Positions 8,340 to 20,966 of a stretch of DNA of 64,000 bases are shown here, in pieces. The notes under the pieces were generated by a model. It was not told where the DNA came from. It ran no database searches and saw only the letters and a list, made by a program, of their open reading frames with translations. The number at the start of each line of letters is the position of its first letter. Positions within the stretch are counted from its first letter, which is position 1. The translations under genes and the position numbers were made by a program. Source of the stretch: Myxococcales bacterium (GTDB taxonomy: Bacteria; Myxococcota_A; UBA9042; JABWCM01; BTVJ01); assembly GCA_045863395.1 (NCBI GenBank), contig BTVJ01000030.1, positions 1 through 64,000 on the forward strand, read 5' to 3'.

Positions 8340-9332
8340 ATGGCGTGGTTCCGCGGTCGAGCAGCAGGTGTACGGGCGGCGACGCTCGGGTGTGTGGCGA
8401 GCCTCCTCCTGGCCTTGCCGGGGGCGGCGTTCGCGGCGGGTCCCGTCATGGAGGGCATGCTCGACGACGGCGCCTACGAGGCGCTGCGGTCGTCCGGGCG
8501 GCTGCAGAAGGTGCCCGGCGGGACGGGCTTCGTCTATCTGGAGGTCACGCCGGCGACGGCGACCATCAAGGTGGCGAACAAGCGCTTCGACTCCTCCCCG
8601 GTCATGGCCGAGGGCGTCGCGACCGGCTACCAGCGCGTCGAGGTCAAGGCCGGCTCCGGCGCGACCCTCGTGGGCTGGGTGCTGGTGGAGCCCATGAAGG
8701 TGTCGAAGGCGCGGGTCTTCGTGCCGACGGAGCCCGGCAACCTGACGATCATCCCCGACCCGCCCGGCGCGGACGTGTACCTGGACGGCCAGCTCGTCGG
8801 CCAGGCACCCATGACCCTGGAGCGACTGGCGCCCGGCAAGCACGACGTTCTCTTGAAGAGCGGCGACATGACCTGGACCGGCTCCGTGGACATCGCTGGA
8901 GGGACCGAGGTGCTGCGCGCCAGGCTGATCCGCGGCAACGTCCGCGTCGCCACGCCGGAGCCTGCCCGTCCCGTCGCGCCCGTGGTCGCAGTCGCCCCAC
9001 CCGTGGTCGCGCCTCCGGTGGTCGCGCCTCCGGTGGTCGCGCCTCCGGTGGTCGCGCCTCCGGTGGTTGACTCTGCGCCGCCGACGCGCCCCGCCTCGCC
9101 CTCCGGGAGCCCGGCACCCGGCGGCCGCGCCGTCGATCTTCGCAGCCTGTCGCCGAGCCTGCGGGCAATGGCGTGGCAGAATCTCCAGGGCAAGTCCGTC
9201 GAGGTGCAGCTCGCGACGGGCGTCTCCGCCAGCGTCGAGGTCGGCGCGGTCCAGGGCAACAACGTGGTCCTGAAGGTCGGCGGCGAGGGGCGCCTCGTGC
9301 CCATGGAGCACATCGTCTCCGTCACCGAGTAG
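8340..9332 (+). CDS. Secreted PEGA-domain protein with a Pro/Val-rich linker
   Basis: Signal peptide ending AFA; PEGA motif GNLTIIPDPPGADVYLDGQLVGQAPMTLERLAPGKHDV; APPVV repeats. Confidence 0.75.
   Translation: MAWFRGRAAGVRAATLGCVASLLLALPGAAFAAGPVMEGMLDDGAYEALRSSGRLQKVPGGTGFVYLEVTPATATIKVANKRFDSSPVMAEGVATGYQRVEVKAGSGATLVGWVLVEPMKVSKARVFVPTEPGNLTIIPDPPGADVYLDGQLVGQAPMTLERLAPGKHDVLLKSGDMTWTGSVDIAGGTEVLRARLIRGNVRVATPEPARPVAPVVAVAPPVVAPPVVAPPVVAPPVVAPPVVDSAPPTRPASPSGSPAPGGRAVDLRSLSPSLRAMAWQNLQGKSVEVQLATGVSASVEVGAVQGNNVVLKVGGEGRLVPMEHIVSVTE
8991..9067. repeat. 15-bp tandem repeat (GTGGTCGCGCCTCCG) encoding VVAPP
   Basis: Four exact copies at 9003-9062 with degenerate flanking copies. Confidence 0.9.
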
Positions 9333-9337
9333 GCCCC

Positions 9338-9853
9338 ATGATCGATCCGCTGCGGTTCCGTCCCGAGGACATCCCCGTGGATGGCCGGGACGTCGATGTC
9401 GAGCTCGACCCGTCGTGGCTCGTGAGCGTCGTGGGCGCCCCGGAGGGCGCCAGTCCAACGCCGAGCCGCGTCGTCGGGCGTCTCGAGGTGGCGGGCAACA
9501 AGATCGTCTTCCGAGGCACGCTGCGGACCACCTACGCCTTTGAGTGCTCTCGCTGCGCCTCACTCGCCGCCATGCCGGTAGAGGCGGACTTCGCCCACGT
9601 CTTCGCGCCGCGCAGCGAGCAGGAGGAAGGCGAGGAGAGCGACGACGGCATGACCTTCTTCCAGGGTTACTCCTTCGACGCGGAGCCGGTCGTGGCCGAG
9701 GAGCTTGCTCTGGCCATCCCCGACTTCCCGCTGTGCAGCGAGGAGTGCAAGGGCTTGTGCGCGCAGTGCGGGGCCGACCTCAACGAGGGCCCCTGCGGCT
9801 GCCCGCCGCCCGTGGATCCCCGCTGGGCCGCCCTCAAGAGCCTGAAGGTGTGA
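9338..9853 (+). CDS. yceD: DUF177/YceD family protein
   Basis: ECSRC, PLCSEECKGLCAQCGADLN and DPRWAALK motifs; canonical position upstream of rpmF. Confidence 0.92.
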   Translation: MIDPLRFRPEDIPVDGRDVDVELDPSWLVSVVGAPEGASPTPSRVVGRLEVAGNKIVFRGTLRTTYAFECSRCASLAAMPVEADFAHVFAPRSEQEEGEESDDGMTFFQGYSFDAEPVVAEELALAIPDFPLCSEECKGLCAQCGADLNEGPCGCPPPVDPRWAALKSLKV

Positions 9854-9889
9854 CCGCCCGCGAAGGGCACCACGCCCGTCACGTTCCCG

Positions 9890-9918
9890 TTGACGGCCAT
9901 GGGGCGCTTCCCTATACT
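9890..9918 (+). promoter_or_regulatory. Sigma70 promoter for rpmF and downstream genes
   Basis: TTGACG (9890-9895), 17 bp, TATACT (9913-9918). Confidence 0.75.
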
Positions 9919-10022
9919 CGCGGCCCTTCCGAGTGCGCGGACGCGGTGGTCCGTGCCCGGTGTTCGTCGAGGCCGCGGGAGCCCTTTGCGGGACACGGCG
10001 TCGGGATTCAGGAGAGCGGATA

Positions 10023-10232
10023 ATGGCGGTTCCGAAGAAGAAGAAGTCCAAGATGAAGCGTGACAGCCGGCGTGCGAACCATGATCGCATCACGGCGCCG
10101 ACCGTCTCCCACTGCCCGAAGTGCCAGGCGGCCAAGGTCTCGCACCGGGTGTGCCCGTCCTGCGGCTGGTACAAGGACCGTGAGGTCATCGTCATCGAGC
10201 AGCCCGAGGCCGAGCCGGAGGCCGCCGAGTAG
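10023..10232 (+). CDS. rpmF: 50S ribosomal protein L32 (Zn-ribbon type)
   Basis: [18 protein letters not shown]...CPKC...[13 protein letters not shown], preceded by the RBS AGGAG. Confidence 0.97.
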   Translation: MAVPKKKKSKMKRDSRRANHDRITAPTVSHCPKCQAAKVSHRVCPSCGWYKDREVIVIEQPEAEPEAAE

Positions 10233-10256
10233 CGTCCCGTGGCGTGGAGGTCCGCC

Positions 10257-10709
10257 ATGCGCATCGCCATTGGCAGCGATCACGCCGCGTTCGCCATGAA
10301 GGCGGCTCTGTGCGTCTACCTGCGGGAACGGGGCGCCGAGGTCGTCGACGTGGGGACCCTCGATGAGGGCGCGAGCGTAGACTACCCCGACTTCGCGGCC
10401 GAGGTGGCGGGGCGGGTCTCCCGTGGCGAGGTGGAGCAGGGCGTGCTGGTCTGCGGCACGGGCATCGGCATGTCCATCGTGGCCAACAAGTTTCCCGGTG
10501 TGCGCGCGGCGCTCGTCCACGACCTGCACACGGCGCGCCTCGCCCGCGAGCACAACGACGCCAACGTGCTCTGTCTCGGCGGGCGCCTCCTCGCCGACGC
10601 GCTGGCGCGGGACATGGTGGCGGAGTGGCTCGACCGCAGCTTCGAGCCGCGGCACCAGCGGCGGCTGGACAAGATCGCCGCCATCGAGCGCGACCTGCGC
10701 GGCGCTTGA
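10257..10709 (+). CDS. rpiB: Ribose-5-phosphate isomerase B
   Basis: [27 protein letters not shown] and [14 protein letters not shown] motifs. Confidence 0.96.
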   Translation: MRIAIGSDHAAFAMKAALCVYLRERGAEVVDVGTLDEGASVDYPDFAAEVAGRVSRGEVEQGVLVCGTGIGMSIVANKFPGVRAALVHDLHTARLAREHNDANVLCLGGRLLADALARDMVAEWLDRSFEPRHQRRLDKIAAIERDLRGA

Positions 10710-10715
10710 CGCGCC

Positions 10716-11195
10716 GTGCGCTGCCCCTACTGCAAGCACACGGAGAACCGGGTCCTCGACAGCCGGCTGTCGAAGGAGCAGACGGCCATCCGCCGGCGCC
10801 GCGAGTGCGAGGGGTGCGGAAGCCGCTTCACCACCTACGAGCGCATCGAGGACATCGCCCCCCAGGTCGTCAAGAAGGACGGCACCCGGGAGCCCTTCGA
10901 CCGCCTCAAGGTGGTGCGCGGTGTGCAGCGCGCCTGCGAGAAGCGCCCCGTGAGCATGGCGGCCATCGAGCAGTTCGTCGACGCGTTGGAGCAGCGCCTG
11001 CAGGAGCGCTTCGAGCGCGAGGTGCCGAGCAGGGTCATCGGTGAGGAGGTCATGGGCTTCCTCCGCCAGGCCGACCAGGTCGCCTACGTGCGCTTCGCCA
11101 GCGTCTACCGCTCCTTCAAAGACATCGGAGACTTCGTCGATGAGCTCCGGGCGCTGGAGGCAGCCGCGCCCGCCGGCCCGGAGCCAGCGGAGTGA
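10716..11195 (+). CDS. nrdR: Transcriptional repressor NrdR
   Basis: MRCPYC...VLDSR...[18 protein letters not shown], an ATP cone, and [13 protein letters not shown]. Confidence 0.97.
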   Translation: MRCPYCKHTENRVLDSRLSKEQTAIRRRRECEGCGSRFTTYERIEDIAPQVVKKDGTREPFDRLKVVRGVQRACEKRPVSMAAIEQFVDALEQRLQERFEREVPSRVIGEEVMGFLRQADQVAYVRFASVYRSFKDIGDFVDELRALEAAAPAGPEPAE

Positions 11196-12394
11196 CCGGC
11201 GAGCTTCCCTCGGATGGCCACTTCATGGCGCTGGCCGTGGAGGAGGCGCGCCGCGGCCTCGGCCGCACGGCGCCGAACCCGCCCGTGGGGTGCGTGCTGG
11301 TGCGCGAGGGCGTGGTCGTGGCGCGTGGGTGGCACCGGCGCGCCGGGTCCGACCACGCGGAGGTGGACGCCTTGCGGCAGCTCGGCGCCGGTGCCGAAGG
11401 CGCGACCGCCTACGTCACCCTGGAGCCGTGCAACCACACGGGACGCACCGGGCCCTGCACCGAGGCGCTGATCGCCGCCGGGGTCCGCCGTGTGGTGGTC
11501 GGCGCCCTCGACCCGAACCCGGTGGCTGGCGGGGGCTCCTCGCGGCTCCGGGCGGCCGGCATCGAGGTGGTCACGGGGGTGGGGCGGCCGGCCTGCGAGG
11601 AGCTGATCGCCCCGTTTGCCCGCTGGGTGACGACGGGCCTCCCCTGGGTCTTGCTCAAACAGGCGGCCACCCTGGATGGTTGCATTGGGGAGGCCTGCCG
11701 AGGGCGGGTCACGATCTCCGGTCCCGAGGCCCACGCGCACGTGCATGGCCTGCGCGACCGCCTGGACGCCATCCTCGTGGGCGTCGGCACGGTGCTGGCG
11801 GACGACCCGCGGCTGACCACGCGGCTGCCCTCAAGGGAGCTCCTTCAAGCTGGTCCCGTTGGATCTCACGCCGCCGCCCCGGCTCACGGCGCCACGGAGC
11901 AGCCCCCCGGTGTCGGCCGTGACCCGCTCAGGGTCGTGCTGGATACACACCTCCGTATGCCACCGGGCGCCGCGATGCTGCACTCCGGGAGCGCGTCGGC
12001 TACACTCGTCCTCACCTCGGCTGACCCGGACGGGCCCGCGGCCCGAGCGCTCCGGGGCGCCGGTGCAGAGGTGGTGTCCGTGGGGTCCGGCGAGGGCGGC
12101 GTAGACCTGCTGGAGGCACTTCGCGAGCTGGGGCGGCGCGGCGTGCACTCGGTGCTTGCGGAGGCGGGGCCCACGATGGCCGCGTCCCTGCTGAGGCAGC
12201 GGCTGGTGTCGCGCATCGCGTGGTTCTTTGCCCCGCTGCTGCTGGGGGATCCGGCGGCGCCACGCCTCGTCGGGTCGCTCGGCACGTCGCTGGACGCCGC
12301 GCTGAGGCTTGGCCCGCTTCGGGCCACGCCCGTGGGTGCCGACCTGCTCATCGAGGCAGACGTGGAGGATGTGCGATGTTCACGGGGCTCATAG
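11192..12394 (+). CDS. ribD: Bifunctional riboflavin deaminase/reductase RibD
   Basis: [28 protein letters not shown] and [18 protein letters not shown] motifs. Confidence 0.95.
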   Translation: MTGELPSDGHFMALAVEEARRGLGRTAPNPPVGCVLVREGVVVARGWHRRAGSDHAEVDALRQLGAGAEGATAYVTLEPCNHTGRTGPCTEALIAAGVRRVVVGALDPNPVAGGGSSRLRAAGIEVVTGVGRPACEELIAPFARWVTTGLPWVLLKQAATLDGCIGEACRGRVTISGPEAHAHVHGLRDRLDAILVGVGTVLADDPRLTTRLPSRELLQAGPVGSHAAAPAHGATEQPPGVGRDPLRVVLDTHLRMPPGAAMLHSGSASATLVLTSADPDGPAARALRGAGAEVVSVGSGEGGVDLLEALRELGRRGVHSVLAEAGPTMAASLLRQRLVSRIAWFFAPLLLGDPAAPRLVGSLGTSLDAALRLGPLRATPVGADLLIEADVEDVRCSRGS

Positions 12395-13011
12395 AGGCGG
12401 TAGGTTCGGTGGTCGCGATCCACAGGGCGGGCGAAGGGGCTCGTCTCACGGTGGCCTCGAGCTTCGACCCGGCCAGCACCCCCATCGGCGCGAGCGTCGC
12501 CGTGGACGGCGCGTGCCTCACGGTGGTCGCCGTCTCCCAGGGCAGCTTCGACGCGGACGTCTCTCACGAGACCCTCGCACGCACCACCCTGGCGGACCTC
12601 CACGTGGGGCGCCGCGTGCACCTGGAGCGGGCCCTGCGCGTCGGTGATCGGCTGGGCGGGCACATGGTCCAGGGGCACGTGGACTTCAAGGCCCGGGTGC
12701 GCAGCGCCCGCCGCGCGGGCGAGGCGTGGGACCTGAGCTTCGAGGCGCCGCCGGAGCAGGCGCCCTTCATCGTTCCCAAGGGCTCCATCGCGGTGGACGG
12801 CGTGAGCCTGACCGTGAACGGCGCGGGCTCCGGGTGGTTCGCGGTGACCGTCGTCCCCCACACCGCCAAGGTGACCCACCTGCTGGAGCGCAGCGTCGGC
12901 GAGTGGGTCAACGTCGAGACGGACATCATCGGAAAGTACGTCGTCCAGGCCGTGCGTGGCGCGGCAGGCGGCATGGACCTGGACTTCCTGAAGAGGCACG
13001 GCTTCGCATGA
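12376..13011 (+). CDS. ribE: Riboflavin synthase (alpha chain)
   Basis: MFTGLIE N-terminus, GASVAVDGACLTV, GGHMVQGHVD and KGSIAVDGVSLTVN. Confidence 0.96.
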   Translation: MFTGLIEAVGSVVAIHRAGEGARLTVASSFDPASTPIGASVAVDGACLTVVAVSQGSFDADVSHETLARTTLADLHVGRRVHLERALRVGDRLGGHMVQGHVDFKARVRSARRAGEAWDLSFEAPPEQAPFIVPKGSIAVDGVSLTVNGAGSGWFAVTVVPHTAKVTHLLERSVGEWVNVETDIIGKYVVQAVRGAAGGMDLDFLKRHGFA

Positions 13012-14687
13012 GACGTATCGTGACGCTTGTCGCCCTGGCGCTTGTCGCTTGCGGCGGAGACGAGGACGGGTCCGCGGCGGGCGGCGCCGACACCACCGGG
13101 GCTGACACGGGGGCGGGCGCCGACGCACCGTGGCCCGTGCTGCCCACCGCGACCGTGGACAGGCAGGAGGCGCTGTCGGAGGGCGACCTGGCCAAGGCGC
13201 CCTCCTGCTTCGCCGCGACGCGGGCTGCCGCGGAGGCGCAGGGGTTCAAGACCTTCGTGGCGGCGGGGGTCACCGCGGCCGGCGCAGTGGAGGTCACCTG
13301 GGCGGAGCTCTCCGGCACCGGCACCCGGGTCGTGGTCGCTCGCTGCGAGGGCGAGTGCGTCTGCGCCATCGGCCGCCGGGAGGGGGGGCGCGCGGTGTTC
13401 GAGGACGCGGCGGGCGCCCCCGTCGACCTGGCGCCCGTCGGACGCCCGGCGCTGGCCAAGACGCTCACGACGACGGCCCTCGACAGCCCCACGAAGCTCG
13501 ACACCAAGACCGGCGCGCTGCTTGAGAGCCCGCCGCCCATCGAGCCCGCCCGGTTCAAGGGCAAGCGGCGGCTGATCGTCGCGAGCGCCTTCGGCGACGC
13601 GTTCGGCGCGGACTGGAGCGCCGTGGTCAAGGCCGGCACGGCCAGCGGGGCCTTCACGGTGGTGGAGGAGCGACCGTACATCACGGCGGCCGAGCTGGAC
13701 ACGCTCATGGACGAGCTCCACGGCCTGGACGTCCTCGTCTGGTTCGGTCACGGCGTGCGCGTGGACAAGGGCACGAGCGGCCACAAGCCCGAGGGCATGA
13801 CCGTGAACCGCGGCCTCTTCGGGGATGAGACCTACGACCGGGAGCGCCTGAAGGCCGCCCTCGCCCGCGCTCCCCTCGGGGGGCCGGGGCTCATCGTGCT
13901 CGCAGGCTCGGAGACCTTCGGCTCCGCCGCCAAGGGGCTCCAGCCCTTCACGGCCCTGGAGCACCTGGCGCGGGCGGCTGGCACCCGAGGCAACGCGGTG
14001 GTGGGCTTCCGCGGGAGCGTCGGGGCGGAGGACGCCATGCTCGCCGTGAGGGCGCTCCTGGACGGGTGGCTCGGGGGCAAACCCCTCGCGGAGGCGATCA
14101 GCGGCGCAAACGCCGGCCTCTCCGATCGGGGGAGCCCAGCCCTGCTGGAGACGAACCTTGACGCGACCGAGGCGGGGGCCTATACGTTGCTCCCGTCGCT
14201 GGCCTCCACCTGGGGGGACGCGGCGCCGAGCGGCGGGCAGTACGTCGGCTACCTGCTCATCTCGGGCTCCAGCAAGTGCGGCGACGCCGCCCTCACAGAG
14301 CAGACCGTGCAGTTCTTTGCGGACATCACCTTTGACGGCCCCTTCTTCCATGGCTCCAAGAAGGGAGACGGGGTCGACATCGAGGTCTTCGGCCTCCTGG
14401 AGCACCTGCGCCCGGGCGCCCGCTTCGAGGTGATCATGCGCGGCTCCCCCAACGAGCTCGTCAATGGGATCACCGTGCTCGGCGACGCCCGCTTCTGCGT
14501 GCCCGGTGGGTGCGGCGGTGGGGCGGCCGCGGCGAGCGCCTACAAGCCAGGGGGCGGCAACATGACCTTCACTGGCACTGCCGACGCCTCCGAGTTCAAG
14601 AACGCGACGGGCGAGACGTGCCGGCTCACGAAGCCGACCCTCACCCAGAAGGGCGGCAAGCCCGGATGGATCATCCTCAACCCCTGA
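13008..14687 (+). CDS. Hypothetical lipoprotein inside the riboflavin operon
   Basis: MRRIVTLVALALVAC lipobox; ATGA overlap with the ribE stop; GC-rich codon usage like its neighbours; no family recognised. Confidence 0.75.
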   Translation: MRRIVTLVALALVACGGDEDGSAAGGADTTGADTGAGADAPWPVLPTATVDRQEALSEGDLAKAPSCFAATRAAAEAQGFKTFVAAGVTAAGAVEVTWAELSGTGTRVVVARCEGECVCAIGRREGGRAVFEDAAGAPVDLAPVGRPALAKTLTTTALDSPTKLDTKTGALLESPPPIEPARFKGKRRLIVASAFGDAFGADWSAVVKAGTASGAFTVVEERPYITAAELDTLMDELHGLDVLVWFGHGVRVDKGTSGHKPEGMTVNRGLFGDETYDRERLKAALARAPLGGPGLIVLAGSETFGSAAKGLQPFTALEHLARAAGTRGNAVVGFRGSVGAEDAMLAVRALLDGWLGGKPLAEAISGANAGLSDRGSPALLETNLDATEAGAYTLLPSLASTWGDAAPSGGQYVGYLLISGSSKCGDAALTEQTVQFFADITFDGPFFHGSKKGDGVDIEVFGLLEHLRPGARFEVIMRGSPNELVNGITVLGDARFCVPGGCGGGAAAASAYKPGGGNMTFTGTADASEFKNATGETCRLTKPTLTQKGGKPGWIILNP

Positions 14688-14699
14688 GAGGAGGCGGCG

Positions 14700-15188
<489 letters not shown>

Positions 15189-15206
15189 GCCGGGGAAGGT
15201 GCTGAC

Positions 15207-15620
15207 ATGGGCAGCAGGCGCAAGGCGCGAGAGGCCGCGTTGCAGGTGCTCTACGGTCTCGAGTTCTCGCCGCTGGCGGACGCGGAGATCCTGCTCGAGC
15301 TGTACTGGTCCTGCTTCGCCACCGGCGACGAGGGGCGGGACTTCGCCGCGGAGCTCGTCCGGGGCGTCGTGCGGCACAAGGGGGACATCGACGGCATCAT
15401 CCAGGAGGCGTCCACCAACTGGAAGCTGGAGCGCATGGCGCTGGTGGACCGCAACATCCTGCGCATGGCGACGTTGGAGCTGCGGTTCCTCGAGGACATC
15501 CCGAAGAAGGTGTCCCTCAACGAGGCCATCGAGATCGCCAAGCGCTTCGGGTCTGAAGACTCCAGCTCGTTCATCAACGGCATCCTGGATCGCATCTCCG
15601 GAGGCGCGAGGAAGCCGTGA
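15207..15620 (+). CDS. nusB: Transcription antitermination factor NusB
   Basis: RRKAREAALQVLY, NWKLERMALVDRNILR and NEAIEIAKRFG...FINGILD motifs. Confidence 0.97.
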   Translation: MGSRRKAREAALQVLYGLEFSPLADAEILLELYWSCFATGDEGRDFAAELVRGVVRHKGDIDGIIQEASTNWKLERMALVDRNILRMATLELRFLEDIPKKVSLNEAIEIAKRFGSEDSSSFINGILDRISGGARKP

Positions 15621-16156
15621 ACCTCTATGTGGTGCCGCCGGCCCTGGCGGAGATCGACCAGCTCCAGCACGAGACCCTGGTGGTGAGCCACTTCCGGGAG
15701 GACCGTCCGCTGCGGGGCCTGGCCGGGCTCATCGACTGGCGTATGAACGGCACGCTCAACCGGTACGTGCGGCAAGGGCGCACCACGGGCGAGGCCCAGG
15801 AGGTCGTCATGATCCCTGGGCACAAGCGCCTCCGCTATCAGCGCATCCTCGTGCTGGGGCTCGGCGCGCGGCGGGAGTTCACGCCCGAGCAGTACCGCCT
15901 GGCGACGGTGTTCATCCTGTCGCGCCTGCGCATGCTCAACGCCACGCGCTTCACCATTGGCCTGCCTGGGCTGGACGCGCTGCGCATCCCCGCGCGGCAG
16001 GCCGCCAGCATCTGGCTCGCCGCCTTCTACGAGGCCTATGTGCAGCCGCGCGTGAACGACCTGGAGTATGACGTGTGCCTCGTCGTGCCCAAGGAGCTGC
16101 ACGCGGACGTGAGAGATCCCCTCGACACCTTCGTGCGCCAGCACCGCAAGGTGTAG
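15617..16156 (+). CDS. Stand-alone leucyl aminopeptidase (M17) N-terminal-domain-like protein
   Basis: EDRPLRGLAGLIDWRMNGTL...RILVLGLG pattern, with no M17 catalytic domain. Confidence 0.65.
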   Translation: MNLYVVPPALAEIDQLQHETLVVSHFREDRPLRGLAGLIDWRMNGTLNRYVRQGRTTGEAQEVVMIPGHKRLRYQRILVLGLGARREFTPEQYRLATVFILSRLRMLNATRFTIGLPGLDALRIPARQAASIWLAAFYEAYVQPRVNDLEYDVCLVVPKELHADVRDPLDTFVRQHRKV

Positions 16157-18712
<2,556 letters not shown>

Positions 18713-18741
18713 CGGGCGGCGCCTCTGGTGGTCAGCGGAGC

Positions 18742-18769
18742 ATTGTAGGGAAAGCAGCCGCGCTGTCAC
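18742..18769 (-). promoter_or_regulatory. Putative sigma70 promoter of the MopE/Kelch lipoprotein gene
   Basis: GTGACA, 16 bp, TACAAT on the minus strand, about 30 nt upstream of TTG 18712. Confidence 0.5.
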
Positions 18770-18809
18770 AAGTTGACCGGGCGGCGCGGGTCGCGGTATG
18801 TGAGTCGAC

Positions 18810-19373
18810 GTGCACGACGACGACCAGCTCTGCCCCGTGGGCGGACCCGTGCTGCTCCCGGAGGGCGGCGACGGCGGGCCCGCGCCGTGGGCGCCCGAGG
18901 TGGTGGAGGCCCAGGCGCTCCTGCTTGCCGACGTGCTGCGGCGAGCGCCCCGGGAGCTGCGCCGCAGGGCCAGGGAGTCCATGCGCGCCGCCTGGATCGC
19001 GGTGGAGGCGGCCCGCGAGCAGCCGGACGCCCGCGCCGTGTGGTCCTGCTACCGCGCGGGCCGGGACCTGGAGCGGACGATCTACGAGGCGAAGCGCATC
19101 CCGCTTCCCGAGCGGTCCTGGATGCGGAGCGGGGCGATCTTCACGCTCTCGCGCTTTCGGACCGTGCGCATCAGGCTCTTCGTGGCCTGGTCGCTGATCC
19201 GCGACGTGGAGCGCCGCTTCGTCGAGTTCGGGCGCGAGAAGGAGCCCTTCCGGGCCTGGCTGTGGGAGCGGGTCAGCGCGCACCTGCCGCCGGACCAGGG
19301 GAAGAAGCCTGGCGCCGGGATGCGGGAGGACTACGAGCTCGTGTATGGTCGCAAGGGGCGCGAGAGCGAATGA
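18810..19373 (+). CDS. Hypothetical protein
   Basis: Protein-like composition, high GC3, and an ATGA overlap with the next gene. Confidence 0.65.
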   Translation: MHDDDQLCPVGGPVLLPEGGDGGPAPWAPEVVEAQALLLADVLRRAPRELRRRARESMRAAWIAVEAAREQPDARAVWSCYRAGRDLERTIYEAKRIPLPERSWMRSGAIFTLSRFRTVRIRLFVAWSLIRDVERRFVEFGREKEPFRAWLWERVSAHLPPDQGKKPGAGMREDYELVYGRKGRESE

Positions 19374-19381
19374 GGGAGCCG

Positions 19382-19756
19382 ATGAAGCGAGTCCTGATCG
19401 TGGACGATGATCCCGACCTCCTGCGCATCTTCAGCGGCAAATTGCGTGAGATGGGCTTTGATGTCCACACGGCCCAGGGCGGAGACGCGGGCGTCGCGCA
19501 GGCCGAGGCGCTGCGCCCCGATCTGGTGCTCATGGACATGAACATGCCGGACGTGGACGGGCGCGAGGCGACCCGGCGGCTCAAGGCCGGCCCCGTCGCT
19601 GCGACGCCGATCATCGCGCTGACGGCGCTGGCCATGCCCGACGAGATCGAGGAGGGGCTGGCCGCCGGGTGCGACGGCTACGTGGTCAAGCCGCTGCGCC
19701 CGGACGACCTGCTCGAGGACCTGCGCAACGTGCTGGCCCTGCTGGACCACCCCTGA
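19382..19756 (+). CDS. Single-domain response regulator (CheY/DivK-like)
   Basis: VLIVDDD, DLVLMDMNMPDVDG, IALTA and GCDGYVVKP motifs. Alternative start at 19370. Confidence 0.92.
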   Translation: MKRVLIVDDDPDLLRIFSGKLREMGFDVHTAQGGDAGVAQAEALRPDLVLMDMNMPDVDGREATRRLKAGPVAATPIIALTALAMPDEIEEGLAAGCDGYVVKPLRPDDLLEDLRNVLALLDHP

Positions 19757-19759
19757 GCG

Positions 19760-20860
19760 TCAGTCACGCCCTCGGCGGTGCTTGAGGCTGCTCGCGTAGC
19801 TGTCCTTGATGCGGCCGATGGCCTCGATGCGCCGCTCCGCCAGGGTGTTCGCCGCTTTGACGGTGGTGATCTTCTCGTCCCGGGCGATGCGCAGGATCTG
19901 CGTCGTGATGTCGTAGATCGCCTCGGCCTGGCGCAGCGCGTAGTCCCGGTGGTAGCCCTCGAGCTCGTTGGCCACGTTGATCAGGCCGCCCGCGTTGACC
20001 ACGTAGTCGGGGGCGTACAGGATGCCGCGCCGCTCCAGCGCCGCGCCGTGCCGGTCCTCGTCGGCGAGGACGTTGTTGGCCGAGCCGCAGACGATGCCGC
20101 ACTTCAGGCGCTCCACCGTGTCGTCGTTGACGACTGCGCCCAGGGCGCACGGCGCGAACACGTCGCACGGTACGTCGTAGATGCGCTCGGGCTGCACAAC
20201 CTCGATGCCCGGCAGCTCGCGGGTCACCTTCTTGAGGTTGTCCTGGTCGACGTCGCAGATGACGACCTTGGCGCCCCCCGTGGTCAGGAGCTGCACCAGG
20301 TGGTAGCCCACGTGCCCCACGCCCTGGACGGCCACGGTGCGGCCCTGCAGCGACTCGCTGCCCGTCACCCACTTGAGGGACGCCTTGATGCCCTCGTTGG
20401 TGCCGAGCGCGGTGACCGGGCTGGGGTCGCCCGAGCCGCCCAGGGAGCGGCTGATGCCAACGACGTAGTCGGTCTCCATGCGGACCCACTCCATGTCGCG
20501 GACGGAGGTGCCCACGTCCTCCGCCGTGATGTAGCGCCCGCCGAGGCCCTGGATGAAGCGCCCGTAGGCCCGGAAGAGGACCTCGTTCTTCATGGTCTTG
20601 GAGTCGCCGATGATCACGGCCTTGCCGCCGCCCAGGTTGAGGCCGGCGGCCGCGGACTTGTAGGTCATGCCCCGGGAGAGCCGGAGCACGTCACGCAGCG
20701 CCGACTCCTCGTCGGGGTAGGTCCACATGCGCGTGCCCCCCAGGGCGGGCCCGAGCGTGGTGTCGTGGATGGCGATGATCGCCTTCAGCCCCGTGAGCTC
20801 GTCGTGACAGAAGATGACCTGCTCGTGGTCCTTCTTCGCCAGCTCCTCGAACACTCCCAT
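19760..20860 (-). CDS. ldh: Leucine dehydrogenase (Glu/Leu/Phe/Val dehydrogenase family)
   Basis: IAIHDTTLGPALGGTRM, LSRGMTYK, GGGKAVI, YITAEDVG and VQGVGHVG motifs. Confidence 0.93.
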   Translation of the reverse strand: MGVFEELAKKDHEQVIFCHDELTGLKAIIAIHDTTLGPALGGTRMWTYPDEESALRDVLRLSRGMTYKSAAAGLNLGGGKAVIIGDSKTMKNEVLFRAYGRFIQGLGGRYITAEDVGTSVRDMEWVRMETDYVVGISRSLGGSGDPSPVTALGTNEGIKASLKWVTGSESLQGRTVAVQGVGHVGYHLVQLLTTGGAKVVICDVDQDNLKKVTRELPGIEVVQPERIYDVPCDVFAPCALGAVVNDDTVERLKCGIVCGSANNVLADEDRHGAALERRGILYAPDYVVNAGGLINVANELEGYHRDYALRQAEAIYDITTQILRIARDEKITTVKAANTLAERRIEAIGRIKDSYASSLKHRRGRD

Positions 20861-20966
20861 GGTTCACCTCCCGGCTGTGGGTCCTGGCGCCTCACCTATC
20901 AAATCGCGGGAAGGGCAGGCAACCGGATTCGGCGGGGCGTTGGCGATTTCGGGGACGGCCGTAACG

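Noticed and set aside
18773..19369. N-terminal extension of the response-regulator ORF given in the track
   Set aside because: It overlaps the better-supported 18810-19373 gene, and the receiver domain starts at 19370/19382 with its own RBS.
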